Of a DNA stretch of 35,249 nt, positions 14,905-24,669 are shown piece after piece; the first letter of the stretch is position 1; every line of letters starts with the position of its first letter. The notes beneath the pieces were generated by a model. The model had not been told where the DNA came from and searched no databases. It saw only the letters and a list, made by a program, of their open reading frames with translations. Both the position numbers and the translations under genes were made by a program. Source of the stretch: a bacterium (GTDB lineage: Bacteria > Patescibacteriota > Saccharimonadia > Saccharimonadales > Saccharimonadaceae); assembly GCA_963615165.1 (NCBI GenBank), contig CAVEGL010000001.1, positions 1 through 35,249 of the forward strand, in the 5' to 3' direction.

Positions 14905-15708
14905 TCATCTGATAACTTCTATTTGCAAGCTAATTGCTTGGGTCGGCTTTTCTTCAAAACAAGTAAAGGTAATCTTTCCTGCGCTTGTAATTGCCTTACC
15001 GACCATATTCCAAGCTTTCTTTTCTAAGATCGCCGTAGCATTGGTATCCGAATAAATCGGTGTAATATGCGGATTATCCGTAGCTAAAATCCCGCTTATC
15101 TCCACTTCCTGCGTATACGGCGCACTCGTCCCGCTCCAGCTGGTTGATAATGTCGCCGTATAGCTTGCTTTGGTCGGCACATTCGTCAGCTTCTCGCTAA
15201 CCGCGTCAAAAGCATCATTTACCGTCGCATTAGTATTTAATCCTAAATTTGTCACCACGCTGTCGCCCACATGGATCATCGCGATATTTTGCAGCCATGC
15301 TTTAGCGTTAGTTAAATCCAAAATCACCGATATCCGACAATTTTTTGCGAAAAATCCCGCCTGCCCCAGCACACTGCGGTTTCTACCGTCCACTATATCA
15401 AACGTATAACTGCCGATTTTTATTCCCATCATATTAAGCCCTGCCGCAGGCGTGACAAAACTTACAATCGTTCCATCCTTGATTTCGGCTCCATCAGGCA
15501 AAACTATATTTGCTACAGTGCTTGTACCTTTCAAAGTCGCGGATACCGCAATATAATAATCCTTATCGGGTATCACCGCTGCCCCATTCACCGCCTCCCC
15601 GGCCGCATTATGTGCCGTATAGCCTTGGAGCAAACTTTCCGCCGACACCGTATCCTCTGTCAAATCAATCAAAGTTTCTCCCGCGTATTCTACCTTACTG
15701 ACCGCCAT
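14905..15708 (-). CDS. Tail fibre-associated protein
   Basis: N-terminus paralogous to 15713..16288; C-terminus paralogous to 16874..17737. Confidence 0.7.
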   Translation of the reverse strand: MAVSKVEYAGETLIDLTEDTVSAESLLQGYTAHNAAGEAVNGAAVIPDKDYYIAVSATLKGTSTVANIVLPDGAEIKDGTIVSFVTPAAGLNMMGIKIGSYTFDIVDGRNRSVLGQAGFFAKNCRISVILDLTNAKAWLQNIAMIHVGDSVVTNLGLNTNATVNDAFDAVSEKLTNVPTKASYTATLSTSWSGTSAPYTQEVEISGILATDNPHITPIYSDTNATAILEKKAWNMVGKAITSAGKITFTCFEEKPTQAISLQIEVIR

Positions 15709-15712
15709 CACC

Positions 15713-16288
15713 TCACCCCGCAATCGTCACCGTTGTACCGCCTGCACTGTTTGGCGCCTCCACATAAGGAATAGCCTCCACCGTCACACTCGATAAAGCA
15801 TCATAGCCACTATCCGCCTGCACTGTTTGCGCCACACTCTTAGGTGTCACCGCCTTAGCCTGCAAGCTCACACCCTCGCCCGAATAGCTGCCCTCCACAC
15901 CTAAAATCGTCACACCTTGCTTAATATTCCCCGCGACGATTTTCGCCTGCTCCGTACTCGCAATTCCTACTTTGCCCGAGCCGTCATGATAGCCCTGCGG
16001 CACCGTATACTGCCCCGCTTTGGTACTTATCTCTCCTGCGACAGCTCCGTTGTTGGGCATCGTACCGATAAGCTTTTGTCCGCGCGCATAAGCTGTCTTA
16101 TTTTTCAAAATCTCCGCCACCGCCGCCGTCGCATCCTGAGTGTCGCTGTCAAAAGTACACGTCCCCACTACAGCCTCGCCTGATTTATCATGCGCCGTAT
16201 AATTCTTTAAAAGCTTATCCGCCGACACCGTATCGCCCGTCAAATCAATCAAAGCCTCACTGCCGTAAATAACCTTACTTACTCCCAT
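15713..16288 (-). CDS. Tail/fibre protein
   Basis: LIDLTGDTV, TVPQGYHDGSG, NIKQGVTILGVEG repeats typical of Bacillota phage tail appendages. Confidence 0.75.
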   Translation of the reverse strand: MGVSKVIYGSEALIDLTGDTVSADKLLKNYTAHDKSGEAVVGTCTFDSDTQDATAAVAEILKNKTAYARGQKLIGTMPNNGAVAGEISTKAGQYTVPQGYHDGSGKVGIASTEQAKIVAGNIKQGVTILGVEGSYSGEGVSLQAKAVTPKSVAQTVQADSGYDALSSVTVEAIPYVEAPNSAGGTTVTIAG

Positions 16289-16563
16289 TTTATAGCCTCC
16301 TCCGCCACATAGCAGGTCACTCCGCCCGCCTCATTCGTCACTTTATAAAAAGGTACCTTATCCACCGTCACATTATCTCTCATCGTCTTATCCTTAGTCT
16401 CCAGCACCTGTGCCTCATAGGCTCTAGGCACCGCCTCATACGGGCCATCGTAAACAGGAGCCGTGTAATTAAACACCGCCCCCGTCATACCACCCAAAGC
16501 CAGCTTTTGTTTATTTCGTGCTTCAGCGCTTAATCCCCCCGCATTGCGCATCCTCATCTTCAT
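16279..16563 (-). CDS. Hypothetical tail-associated protein
   Basis: YDGPYEAVP...NEAGGVT resembles the C-terminus of the next gene. Confidence 0.7.
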   Translation of the reverse strand: MKMRMRNAGGLSAEARNKQKLALGGMTGAVFNYTAPVYDGPYEAVPRAYEAQVLETKDKTMRDNVTVDKVPFYKVTNEAGGVTCYVAEEAIKWE

Positions 16564-16874
16564 ATCACTTCACCGCCTAATGTATCCAAAACCAAAACTC
16601 TATCCTTACTCGTCCAGTCCGTCCCACCTCCATCATATCTTACTAATATTTGCACCACTGCCGCCATATTCGGATAAAATTGCGCCGTCTCGCTCCCTGA
16701 GAGCTTCACCATCAGCACATTTTGATTGAGCTGCACATTCATATCCCCCAGCTTTTTCGTGAGGATTACCTCGCCTTTTTGCGCCAAAACCACCTTACAG
16801 TCTTTAATTGCCCCTGCCGTATCATCTAACACAAATTCCAGCACCTTATCTAAACCGCGCCTCATCTCCACCAT
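16560..16874 (-). CDS. Hypothetical structural protein
   Basis: TGATG coupling with the upstream gene; beta-rich 104 aa. Confidence 0.7.
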   Translation of the reverse strand: MVEMRRGLDKVLEFVLDDTAGAIKDCKVVLAQKGEVILTKKLGDMNVQLNQNVLMVKLSGSETAQFYPNMAAVVQILVRYDGGGTDWTSKDRVLVLDTLGGEVI

Positions 16875-17737
16875 CAGCGCATCACCTCCACCTGCAAATG
16901 CAAATCGCTTAGCGGCTTCTCCTCCAAGCAAACAAACAATATCCCGCCTGCCGCCGCCTGCGCATAGCTTATCTTGCCGTACTCCTTAACCTCAGCCAAA
17001 TAAGCATCGCTATCCCCCTGATAGCTTAGCCCGATATGCGGATAATCACTCGCTAATATCCCGCTCACCGTAGGAGAGGCTTGATAGCTGCTTCCCACCT
17101 GCGTCCAGCCTGTTTCCAGTAAAGTCACGCTTCTAATAAGCCTATCCATCCCCGCCAGCTTATTTTTCTCGGCATTCGTATAATCATTCGCGGATAATCC
17201 TTTTCCTGTTTCCTTATCCACCTTAGTATTAACTAAGCTTCTCACACTTTGAAACTCATTATAAATCGCCTGATTTTTCACCGGATTAGGAGAATTTTGC
17301 AGCACACTATCCACCACCACGCCGCCTGAAATACTCATATCCTGCAGCGCCTGATACACCCCGCCCGAGGTCACGGGATTAGTGCTGTTAATTATCGGCG
17401 TAGTATCAAAGCTAAGCACATCCTGCTTTCCATCCGCCGCCGTCTCAGCCGCCAAAGCTTTTGCTATCGCCTCGGCAAGCACCCCCGCCACATTCTTCGC
17501 CTCAGCACCATTTACACTCGCCCCGATTTCCCCCGCTCCCGTCAAGGCCATCAGCGCGTCAAGCACACTGTTAAACCGTGCAATCAATAAATTACTCAAA
17601 GCATCAAATCTTCCCTTTAAATCCTCCGCGCTCATCCCATCCGCCGAGGGCTTGTCGCTTAGAGAGCTCACCGTCTTACCCTCAGTATCTTTCGCCGTAA
17701 TCTTTAAATCATTAATAGAAATTTTAATCATCTCCAA
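16874..17737 (-). CDS. Tail fibre/spike base protein
   Basis: LSDKP...MSAEDLKGRFD N-terminus, STNPVTSGGVY and KVDKETGKGLSANDYT fibre motifs. Confidence 0.75.
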   Translation of the reverse strand: MEMIKISINDLKITAKDTEGKTVSSLSDKPSADGMSAEDLKGRFDALSNLLIARFNSVLDALMALTGAGEIGASVNGAEAKNVAGVLAEAIAKALAAETAADGKQDVLSFDTTPIINSTNPVTSGGVYQALQDMSISGGVVVDSVLQNSPNPVKNQAIYNEFQSVRSLVNTKVDKETGKGLSANDYTNAEKNKLAGMDRLIRSVTLLETGWTQVGSSYQASPTVSGILASDYPHIGLSYQGDSDAYLAEVKEYGKISYAQAAAGGILFVCLEEKPLSDLHLQVEVMR

Positions 17738-17804
17738 TCAAGTCCGTTTTTTTGGACACTATATTTTTTATAATAAAAGTATATCACATAAAGGAGGTGT
17801 CATT

Positions 17805-17924
17805 TTGCTTAACAGAATAAAATCGGCGTTTCTCTTTCTCTACCGTGTCTTTGATAAAATTTACAAATTTCGGATGAAATACTTTTACACATCCGTTTAT
17901 TTTCATTTCAAAGACGATGATTAA
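17805..17924 (+). CDS. 39-aa aromatic/basic moron peptide
   Basis: AAAGGAGGTG RBS, TTG start, TATAAT at 17769-17774; AT-rich insert opposing the late operon. Confidence 0.6.
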   Translation: MLNRIKSAFLFLYRVFDKIYKFRMKYFYTSVYFHFKDDD

Positions 17925-19834
17925 TTCTTAAACCTACCCGTCAGAGTATATAAAGCCTCAAAACCATACATTCCAAACGGTTCCGCCAAATTATTCGCAA
18001 ACTTAAACTGAATAAGCATAAAACGTTTCAATCTGCTGTCCGTCGCGATCACCACCGGCGACTCATCCGTGCGGAAAGTAAAGCGCGTAAAATCCACATC
18101 ATTAAAATCAAAAATATCCACCGCATTTTTCTCGCTCGTCACCCTGCGGCTAAGCCCCCTCGCCCGATAATACACCTCCACACTCGAGCGGCCGTAGGGC
18201 GCTAACATCACCGTCAAAGCGTCTAAATTCTTCCACTCATTCATCCGATCGAAATAAAAATACGGCGTACACCAGTAGCATTTCACCGCCTCCCCATCAT
18301 CTTGATAGGCATTATGACTCGCACTGTGCTCATTTGCCTTAAAAAAGCGCTTAATCTCCCCTGTCAGGGTACCGAAATATAAATTTCCGCCGTACTCCCA
18401 CCAAACCCTCGCCGAAATATTGTCCAACTTATACCACTCATACTGAAAACTCGACATCGGAGCATTACTCTCATACACCTTTTGCCGACCGTCAGCCGCA
18501 TACACCACCCCGTCTCCCAGCGACAAGTAATAATAATTCTCATACTCAATCGCACAAGCATTTCTTAAATCATACCTGCGCAAATCCTGATTAATAAAAT
18601 AACTCCGATTCTCCGCATACTTCTCAAACGTGATCTCCTGCGTTGTAATCGCATACACCCCGTCTGCCGTCAGATACACAGGCTCCCCCGCAAAATCGCA
18701 AAAAGCATATTTTGATACCGCTCCGTTAGAGTTAATCCCCGCTTTCACCGCAAATACCGCTTTAGAATTATAATCCAAACTCCCCGAAATCAAAAAAATA
18801 CTCGCGTCCTGCCCGTTATCTTCCTTATGCACCGCCAGATAGTCACTCACTCGGCTAAAGCCTATCACCTCCGAAGCATCAGCTCCCACCGTCAAATAAC
18901 TTTGGTTCGGAAAATACAATAAATCATCCAAACCGCTGTAATACACCTTATTCGGCTTCTCGGGATTACCGCTCAAAAATAAGCGGTTCGTATTACCGCC
19001 CACGCCGAAAAGCTTACCCACCGTACACTTATTAATCACCCCCGCGCCCTCGTTTTCCTTAGGCGCGACATAATAACCTATGCGCACATTATCCACATTC
19101 TTCGGCACATCGCTCACGCTTGATTTCGCAATCGTAATACACCCTTTACTCCTATCCGTCGCCGTAGGCGTAACAGCCGACCACTCGCCCTCATCATTCA
19201 CCTTTTCTATAACCAGCCACCCATCGGCAGCTATCTTCCCCTCGGGCACATATAACTCAAAACTATTATTTTCGCTATCTGGATTTATCACAAAATTAAT
19301 ATATCTCTTTCCCGTAAGGAAATTCACCTGCTCATACGTTGTTCCCCCGGGCGGCGCTTGATCAGCGTTGGCATTAATCAAAACCGTCGGGATAAACGCC
19401 TCATCCTCCGCTTTCTTAAGCTCTAAAGTATCGTCAAACTTTCCGTAAATGCGCATCGACTCGCCGTCAAAAAGCGCCAGCTTGCCGTTATACTGCACCC
19501 CATAACTTCTTTTATCCGCCATATCAGCCGCAACTTCCGCAAAAGTATTCGCCGTCATATCCCACTTTAAAAGCTTATTTCCCGCATGGACCAATATTAC
19601 TTCATCATCCGCCGTCTTCAAGCGATGAATACCGTTAATCCGCCCCTCGGCCGTAATAATAGTCTCATACCCCGTCCGTTTCACCGGCTTGCCCGCCAGA
19701 TCAGAAATGATATTCACACAGTCAATACTTCTGCCTTTAGAGACACTCACCTTAGAGTTAGCCAAATCCAAACCTTTAAAACTGTCCACATTCAAGCGAT
19801 ACTTCGTTCTGCCATTCGCGAAATAATTAGCCAT
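17921..19834 (-). CDS. Podovirus tail nozzle / DNA stabilization protein-like
   Basis: FKGLD N-terminus, NRLFLSGNP...YYSGLDD beta-propeller-like repeats; follows the adaptor. Confidence 0.75.
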   Translation of the reverse strand: MANYFANGRTKYRLNVDSFKGLDLANSKVSVSKGRSIDCVNIISDLAGKPVKRTGYETIITAEGRINGIHRLKTADDEVILVHAGNKLLKWDMTANTFAEVAADMADKRSYGVQYNGKLALFDGESMRIYGKFDDTLELKKAEDEAFIPTVLINANADQAPPGGTTYEQVNFLTGKRYINFVINPDSENNSFELYVPEGKIAADGWLVIEKVNDEGEWSAVTPTATDRSKGCITIAKSSVSDVPKNVDNVRIGYYVAPKENEGAGVINKCTVGKLFGVGGNTNRLFLSGNPEKPNKVYYSGLDDLLYFPNQSYLTVGADASEVIGFSRVSDYLAVHKEDNGQDASIFLISGSLDYNSKAVFAVKAGINSNGAVSKYAFCDFAGEPVYLTADGVYAITTQEITFEKYAENRSYFINQDLRRYDLRNACAIEYENYYYLSLGDGVVYAADGRQKVYESNAPMSSFQYEWYKLDNISARVWWEYGGNLYFGTLTGEIKRFFKANEHSASHNAYQDDGEAVKCYWCTPYFYFDRMNEWKNLDALTVMLAPYGRSSVEVYYRARGLSRRVTSEKNAVDIFDFNDVDFTRFTFRTDESPVVIATDSRLKRFMLIQFKFANNLAEPFGMYGFEALYTLTGRFKN

Positions 19835-20225
19835 CTATCTCGCCGCCCTCCGCAACATTCACCACATCGGTATACATACATCCCAAAGCCCGCACCTTAG
19901 CATTCTCATACATCGTCCCGTAATAATCCGCCAGCATTTGATTATCCTCCTCTCCTGCCAGTCTCGCCGACACACCCTTACTCACCACATTTAAAAGCAC
20001 ATAATTACTGTAATTAATCTCCTCATCCATCACGCTCACAAACGGCGCATCTAAAAGCATATCCAAATCATTCATCCGCCTGTAGCATTCCTCAGTGTTC
20101 AAACACTCCGCCAGGCATACATTCAAAATCCCCAAAAAATACTCACTCGCAATCGGATTACTCTCTTTCGTATGCCCTATCTGATTCAAGCACACCTTTA
20201 GTAAATCATCACCCGTCATCGTCAT
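19827..20225 (-). CDS. Putative head-tail adaptor
   Basis: Helical ~130 aa between capsid and nozzle. Confidence 0.6.
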   Translation of the reverse strand: MTMTGDDLLKVCLNQIGHTKESNPIASEYFLGILNVCLAECLNTEECYRRMNDLDMLLDAPFVSVMDEEINYSNYVLLNVVSKGVSARLAGEEDNQMLADYYGTMYENAKVRALGCMYTDVVNVAEGGEIDG

Positions 20226-20293
20226 ACCCCCTAATATAAAAAAGAGAATCATTTACTCTTGACGAATAAATAATTCTCTGGTAGAATAACATA

Positions 20294-20403
20294 TATAAAA
20301 GAGAGTTGCCGCAGGTGCTACCAACACCTACTTAGACGGTTTACTCCTCGGTTTTGGTGTTTGAAACAACCGCGACATTGGAGATGGGCGGTTGTTTCTT
20401 TTT
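20294..20403 (+). ncRNA. Type I antitoxin RNA
   Basis: TTGACG(20259-20264)-17-TGnTAGAAT(20282-20287); terminator gaaacaaccgc/gcggttgtttc + T run; convergent with the toxin. Confidence 0.8.
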
Positions 20404-20419
20404 GCATTAAAAAGAAATT

Positions 20420-20494
20420 TTACTTGTCAGACTTTGACAAGGTGATAATCCCGATAATCACCAACAAAAGCGTTAAAACTTCCATTGTTGACAT
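20420..20494 (-). CDS. Type I TA toxin, 24-aa holin-like hydrophobic peptide
   Basis: MSTMEVLTLLLVIIGIITLSKSDK; AGGAGGTG RBS; promoter TTGACG(20588-20583)-17-TGnTAAAAT(20565-20560). Confidence 0.85.
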   Translation of the reverse strand: MSTMEVLTLLLVIIGIITLSKSDK

Positions 20495-20622
20495 GAGCCT
20501 CACCTCCTCTGATGAGGAGCAAACCGCCTATGGTTAAAACCGAACAACTCTCTTCTGCTATTTTACCATATCTTACATATTTCGTCAATCTTTATTTAAT
20601 CTCACACTTTCCCTATGTACTA

Positions 20623-20646
20623 AAGAGGCACTTTTCAGTGCCTCTT
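20623..20646 (-). terminator. Terminator after the capsid gene
   Basis: aagaggcact-tttc-agtgcctctt. Confidence 0.8.
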
Positions 20647-20661
20647 ATTTTTTACCCTCTC

Positions 20662-21714
20662 TTACGAAATCGTGCTTGTAACCACGCCCGACGGGAAATC
20701 GCTGCCGTAGGCCACAGCCTTAACCACAGTCCCCGCTGCCAAGCCGCTTAATGCTGCGGAATACACCTTAGCCGACTTCGAGTAGCGCGGATCAGAGCCA
20801 TCGGTCGTATACTTGATGGAAGCAGCCCCGCTCGAAGCGATAGTAGTACTGCCGCCGGAGGTGCTGACAGTCGGGTCAGCCTGCACTTTACCGGACGCTA
20901 CCCCGGCATAAATACCCATCGCCCGAGTACCTAAGACAAACGCGTCAAAGTAATATCTCCCCTCCAGCAAAGAGCCATCCAATCCCGCTACCTCTTTCAA
21001 GATACGCTGAGTTTTAATCTTCACCGGCATAATCCCGCTGTTTTTATACATCACGATAAAATAGCAGTCCTCGGGCAAGTAGCTGTCAGGCACTTTAACT
21101 ACCGTCATATCCGCGATCTGACCAACCACGCCTTTACTCAGCGCCTTATTCGCCAAAGTATCCACCGCCAAAAACTCGCTCGACTGTCTGAGCAAATTAT
21201 ACATACTCGCCCCGATATACAAATAGCGGTTCTCCGCAGGCACCAAAGCATTAGTTAAAGCCGTCTCGGCGTTCATCAGCTCGGTCACGATAGTATTTTT
21301 AGTCGGCTTAGTGATACCCTTGACCGTACCCGCATTCACTGCATACTGCTTAAACGCATACTTATCCATAAACGGCACCACCTGCTCGTTCACTTCTAGC
21401 CCCAGCATCTTACCTGCCTCTTTAATCATCATCTGATCGCTGTCATTGCCGCGGTCAATCGTAATACTAAAGCCTTTATCCTGCGACATCGTCAGCTCTT
21501 GGATAGTATCCTCCATCTCAGTCGGCGTCCCGAAACGATTAGCCGTAGCCTTACGGTTATAATCATTCAGCTCCACCGTCACCGGAGTATAAATAGTTAA
21601 ACTTCTCACACCCGTTAAATCATACTCACCTGACACATTATTCTGAATATACGATGCATGGGTAAACTCCTGCAAAATCTTTTCTGTATACTTACTCGCC
21701 AAATTAATAGCCAT
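20662..21714 (-). CDS. Major capsid protein with C-terminal Ig-like (chitobiase/FN3-associated) domain
   Basis: MAINLASKY...LLEGRYYFDAFVL; C-terminal IKYTTDGSDP...VKAVA. Confidence 0.9.
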   Translation of the reverse strand: MAINLASKYTEKILQEFTHASYIQNNVSGEYDLTGVRSLTIYTPVTVELNDYNRKATANRFGTPTEMEDTIQELTMSQDKGFSITIDRGNDSDQMMIKEAGKMLGLEVNEQVVPFMDKYAFKQYAVNAGTVKGITKPTKNTIVTELMNAETALTNALVPAENRYLYIGASMYNLLRQSSEFLAVDTLANKALSKGVVGQIADMTVVKVPDSYLPEDCYFIVMYKNSGIMPVKIKTQRILKEVAGLDGSLLEGRYYFDAFVLGTRAMGIYAGVASGKVQADPTVSTSGGSTTIASSGAASIKYTTDGSDPRYSKSAKVYSAALSGLAAGTVVKAVAYGSDFPSGVVTSTIS

Positions 21715-21737
21715 AAAAAATCACTCCTTTTTTTCAT

Positions 21738-22577
21738 TTACCAGCGGCTCGCCATCAGTCCCTCGAGAAACGGATCCTTTTCCCCTCCGCTCATCTCAGG
21801 CTTAATGCTCGGCGCCGCACTCTCAATATTTTTCTTTTTCTGCTCATACTCGGCCAACTGCTTTTTCATTTCCTCGTTAGCCTTGCGCTCTTGTGTAAGC
21901 TGATGCCGCGCCCATGCGCCGTTAATATCCATGCCGTTGTTTAAATCGGCAATCATATCCGCAGGCAGCTCGGCAGACGGAAACTCCTTGATAAACTCCG
22001 GATTATTCATCACGAAATCCCCTACTCTCTGTCGAAATGCCGCCTGACGGCTCTCTGCTTCCTTGCGCTCCTGAGCAGCTTTCTCCTGCTGATTTAAGCG
22101 ATACTCCATCTCCGCCATCTTACGTGCGGAACTTTCGTTATACTCCCCACTCGCCAAAAGCTCCTGCGCCCTCTGACCGATAAGCGTCTCGTTAGCCCGT
22201 TGGTCAAGCGTGCTTAAAAAATCCTCCACACTCACCCCGCTTTGTCTGGCTAAACCCTCGATACGGTCATAACTCCCGCGCACCCTGTCATAGTCCAGCC
22301 CCTTTTGCGCCGTCCTAATCAATTCCTCGCGGTTTACCTTGACCTCCTTGCCCAAATATTTCAGCGTGTAGCTCTCCTCAGGCTCACTTGGTTTAGCGTC
22401 CTTTAGCTCGCCCTCGCCCTCATTGGCAGCTTGGTCATTTTGCTGTTTTTGTTCACTCTCACCCGCACCCTCAGCAGCTTCGCTTGGTTTAGCGTCCCCG
22501 CTCGGCGCGTCACTCTCTGTCATCGCAGTAATATCCGCCTCCGTTACATCAGCGAATAAACCCATACTCTCATCCAT
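21738..22577 (-). CDS. Scaffolding protein
   Basis: Acidic disordered N-terminus, LKYLGKE...AQKGLDYDR, C-terminal DPFLEG; between portal and capsid. Confidence 0.8.
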   Translation of the reverse strand: MDESMGLFADVTEADITAMTESDAPSGDAKPSEAAEGAGESEQKQQNDQAANEGEGELKDAKPSEPEESYTLKYLGKEVKVNREELIRTAQKGLDYDRVRGSYDRIEGLARQSGVSVEDFLSTLDQRANETLIGQRAQELLASGEYNESSARKMAEMEYRLNQQEKAAQERKEAESRQAAFRQRVGDFVMNNPEFIKEFPSAELPADMIADLNNGMDINGAWARHQLTQERKANEEMKKQLAEYEQKKKNIESAAPSIKPEMSGGEKDPFLEGLMASRW

Positions 22578-22615
22578 CTTCCATTCTCCTCTCGCCTTGG
22601 TTTAGGCAATTTTTA

Positions 22616-24172
22616 TCACATCATCGGCATTCCTGCCGCTTGTGCCTGCATTTGCATTTGTTGCTGCCGGATCTGCTTATCCTCAATCGATTTAATCAAA
22701 TCCGCTTTATTCTTGATATATCCGTCAGGAATACTCTCCAGATACGTCACTGCATCAGGGATAATCCCTAACCGCATCATATTATCCAGCGTTTGCACAT
22801 TCAAAAGCTCACTCCAGTAGCTCGCCGCGCCGATATCCACCTTTAGGCTCACCTGCTCAAAATCGATCTGTCCCAAATCTATCTCCTGCACAGCCTCCGC
22901 CTGCTCACCTGTCAAAGGATTCACCATAGGCACCTTCACCGCCAGCCTCGGCGCATAGCTTCTTTGAAACGCCAAAATAATATACACACAATCCTCAATC
23001 GTCTGGTAATAATCCAGCTTCTGCGCATTCAAAGGCTGCGCGCTCGCCTGCTGCACCGCAATAATCGCGCTTGTGTTATCAGGCTTCACATTTCCCAAAG
23101 CCGCATCATACACACCCAAACTATCCTTACTCTTTTGGATCGTACTCTCCACCAGCTCGATCGCCTGCGTATTCATCCCGCTCGGCGCAAAAGAAGCAAA
23201 CAAAGCCTGCTGCGGATTACCATTCACCGCAATAGCCTGCCCCACCTTATTACTCCATTTCGGGATCAATGTCGCGTCATACAAAAGCTTCGGAAAGGCG
23301 AAATTCTTCTGATACTCCATCGCCATCGCGTAAATCTTATTAATAAAAATCTGATTATTAATCTGCCCCGTAATCGGACTAATCCCGTGGTAGCTGTTCT
23401 TGTCCTTTTCCCAAGGAAACCAAACCAGCGGATAGCGTGTGACATTTAAACTTCTTTCGGGGATAATCACAACCTCTTTCGTACACATCAGCCAGCGGAT
23501 TACACCGTCCTCACCGCGCCAAAATTTTAACGCCGTATCCGTGTAACCGCTCGAAAGCTTATCCTCGTTATATCCCTCATACTCACCGCCCCCATCAGGC
23601 TTAATCTCCGCCCATTCCTTACAGCCGACACTCTTCGCATACTCTTTCAAACTCTCCGTAAATTTCCGCTGCTTGATGATAATATACGGCTGCTCCTCCA
23701 CCTCCGCCGTCCTTGCATCGCCAAAGACCACATCCGTGTTATTAATCAGCTGACAGTCCAAACGATTCTTCTGCGGATCCCAAAACCAATACATACACCC
23801 ATCGCCGTCCACCGCCGCATTCTGCACCAGCTGACGCGACTTATGGTTAAACTTCACCCGCTCAAACACATTATCTATCTTCTCCTGCAAAGCGTCCTCC
23901 AGCGCCTTATAAATATCACCCTCCGCGCCGAAATCCACACTTACGCCAATATCATCGCTCACCAATTGCCCGATAAAATACCGCACCGACGGCTTTAAAA
24001 TATTAAACACCGGCTTATCCAGCGAGGGTGCATTCACCCCCTCCCACTGCTTATCATGATAAAAGTTATTATTACGCTTCACATTCTCATAAAGCTTGAT
24101 ACTATACTTATAGTCATCATCTTTCGCGATCTCTTCGAAAATCTTCTTAGGCTCCGTGTTTACCCTCACCAC
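22616..24172 (-). CDS. Portal protein (P22-like)
   Basis: FYHDKQW...PVFNILKP, DNTSAIIAVQQA, Q-rich tail. Confidence 0.88.
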   Translation of the reverse strand: MVRVNTEPKKIFEEIAKDDDYKYSIKLYENVKRNNNFYHDKQWEGVNAPSLDKPVFNILKPSVRYFIGQLVSDDIGVSVDFGAEGDIYKALEDALQEKIDNVFERVKFNHKSRQLVQNAAVDGDGCMYWFWDPQKNRLDCQLINNTDVVFGDARTAEVEEQPYIIIKQRKFTESLKEYAKSVGCKEWAEIKPDGGGEYEGYNEDKLSSGYTDTALKFWRGEDGVIRWLMCTKEVVIIPERSLNVTRYPLVWFPWEKDKNSYHGISPITGQINNQIFINKIYAMAMEYQKNFAFPKLLYDATLIPKWSNKVGQAIAVNGNPQQALFASFAPSGMNTQAIELVESTIQKSKDSLGVYDAALGNVKPDNTSAIIAVQQASAQPLNAQKLDYYQTIEDCVYIILAFQRSYAPRLAVKVPMVNPLTGEQAEAVQEIDLGQIDFEQVSLKVDIGAASYWSELLNVQTLDNMMRLGIIPDAVTYLESIPDGYIKNKADLIKSIEDKQIRQQQMQMQAQAAGMPMM

Positions 24173-24399
24173 TCATCACCGCCCTGCTTAGAGCCGTCAT
24201 AATTCATCATATTAGCCCATTCCTTAGCCAATCTCTCTTTTTTGACTAATTCTTCCTTACTTTCACTTTCGCCTGTTTCAGCCCCATCTCTGCCGCTCTC
24301 AGGCGATTTTAAAATAAACCTTGCATACCAGCACGCCCAAAGCAAAGCGTTCAAGCTAATTACGCTCACAACCAAGCACACATCCAAAACAATGCTCAT
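24166..24399 (-). CDS. Small membrane-anchored protein
   Basis: N-terminal TM segment, C-terminal WANMMNYDG. Confidence 0.7.
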   Translation of the reverse strand: MSIVLDVCLVVSVISLNALLWACWYARFILKSPESGRDGAETGESESKEELVKKERLAKEWANMMNYDGSKQGGDEW

Positions 24400-24668
24400 T
24401 ATTTCTCATCCTTTCGCGGTTCACTGTAGCTTAGTGCCTGCGCGCTGTCCCCGACCCCCGCAGTCGTCGGATCCACAAACACACCCAATACCGCCAATGC
24501 CACACTCACCAGCATAAACGGATTACTCACCAAAGCCTTAGCTTGCGCAATCACCGCCCCCCATGAGGTAAACATATCCGCACTAACCCCCATCGCCGTC
24601 AGGATAATACCACCCAAAGAAACCCAAAACCACGGATTTTTCATGCGCACTTTAATGTTCATCTTCAT
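24399..24668 (-). CDS. Holin (phi LC3-like)
   Basis: NIKVRMKNPWFW...VDPTTAGVGDSAQAL. Confidence 0.92.
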   Translation of the reverse strand: MKMNIKVRMKNPWFWVSLGGIILTAMGVSADMFTSWGAVIAQAKALVSNPFMLVSVALAVLGVFVDPTTAGVGDSAQALSYSEPRKDEK

Positions 24669-24669
24669 C

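Noticed and set aside
15638..16254. DGR template/variable repeat pair
   Set aside because: No reverse transcriptase in the genome; repeats are at gene 5' ends and mismatches are not adenine-specific.
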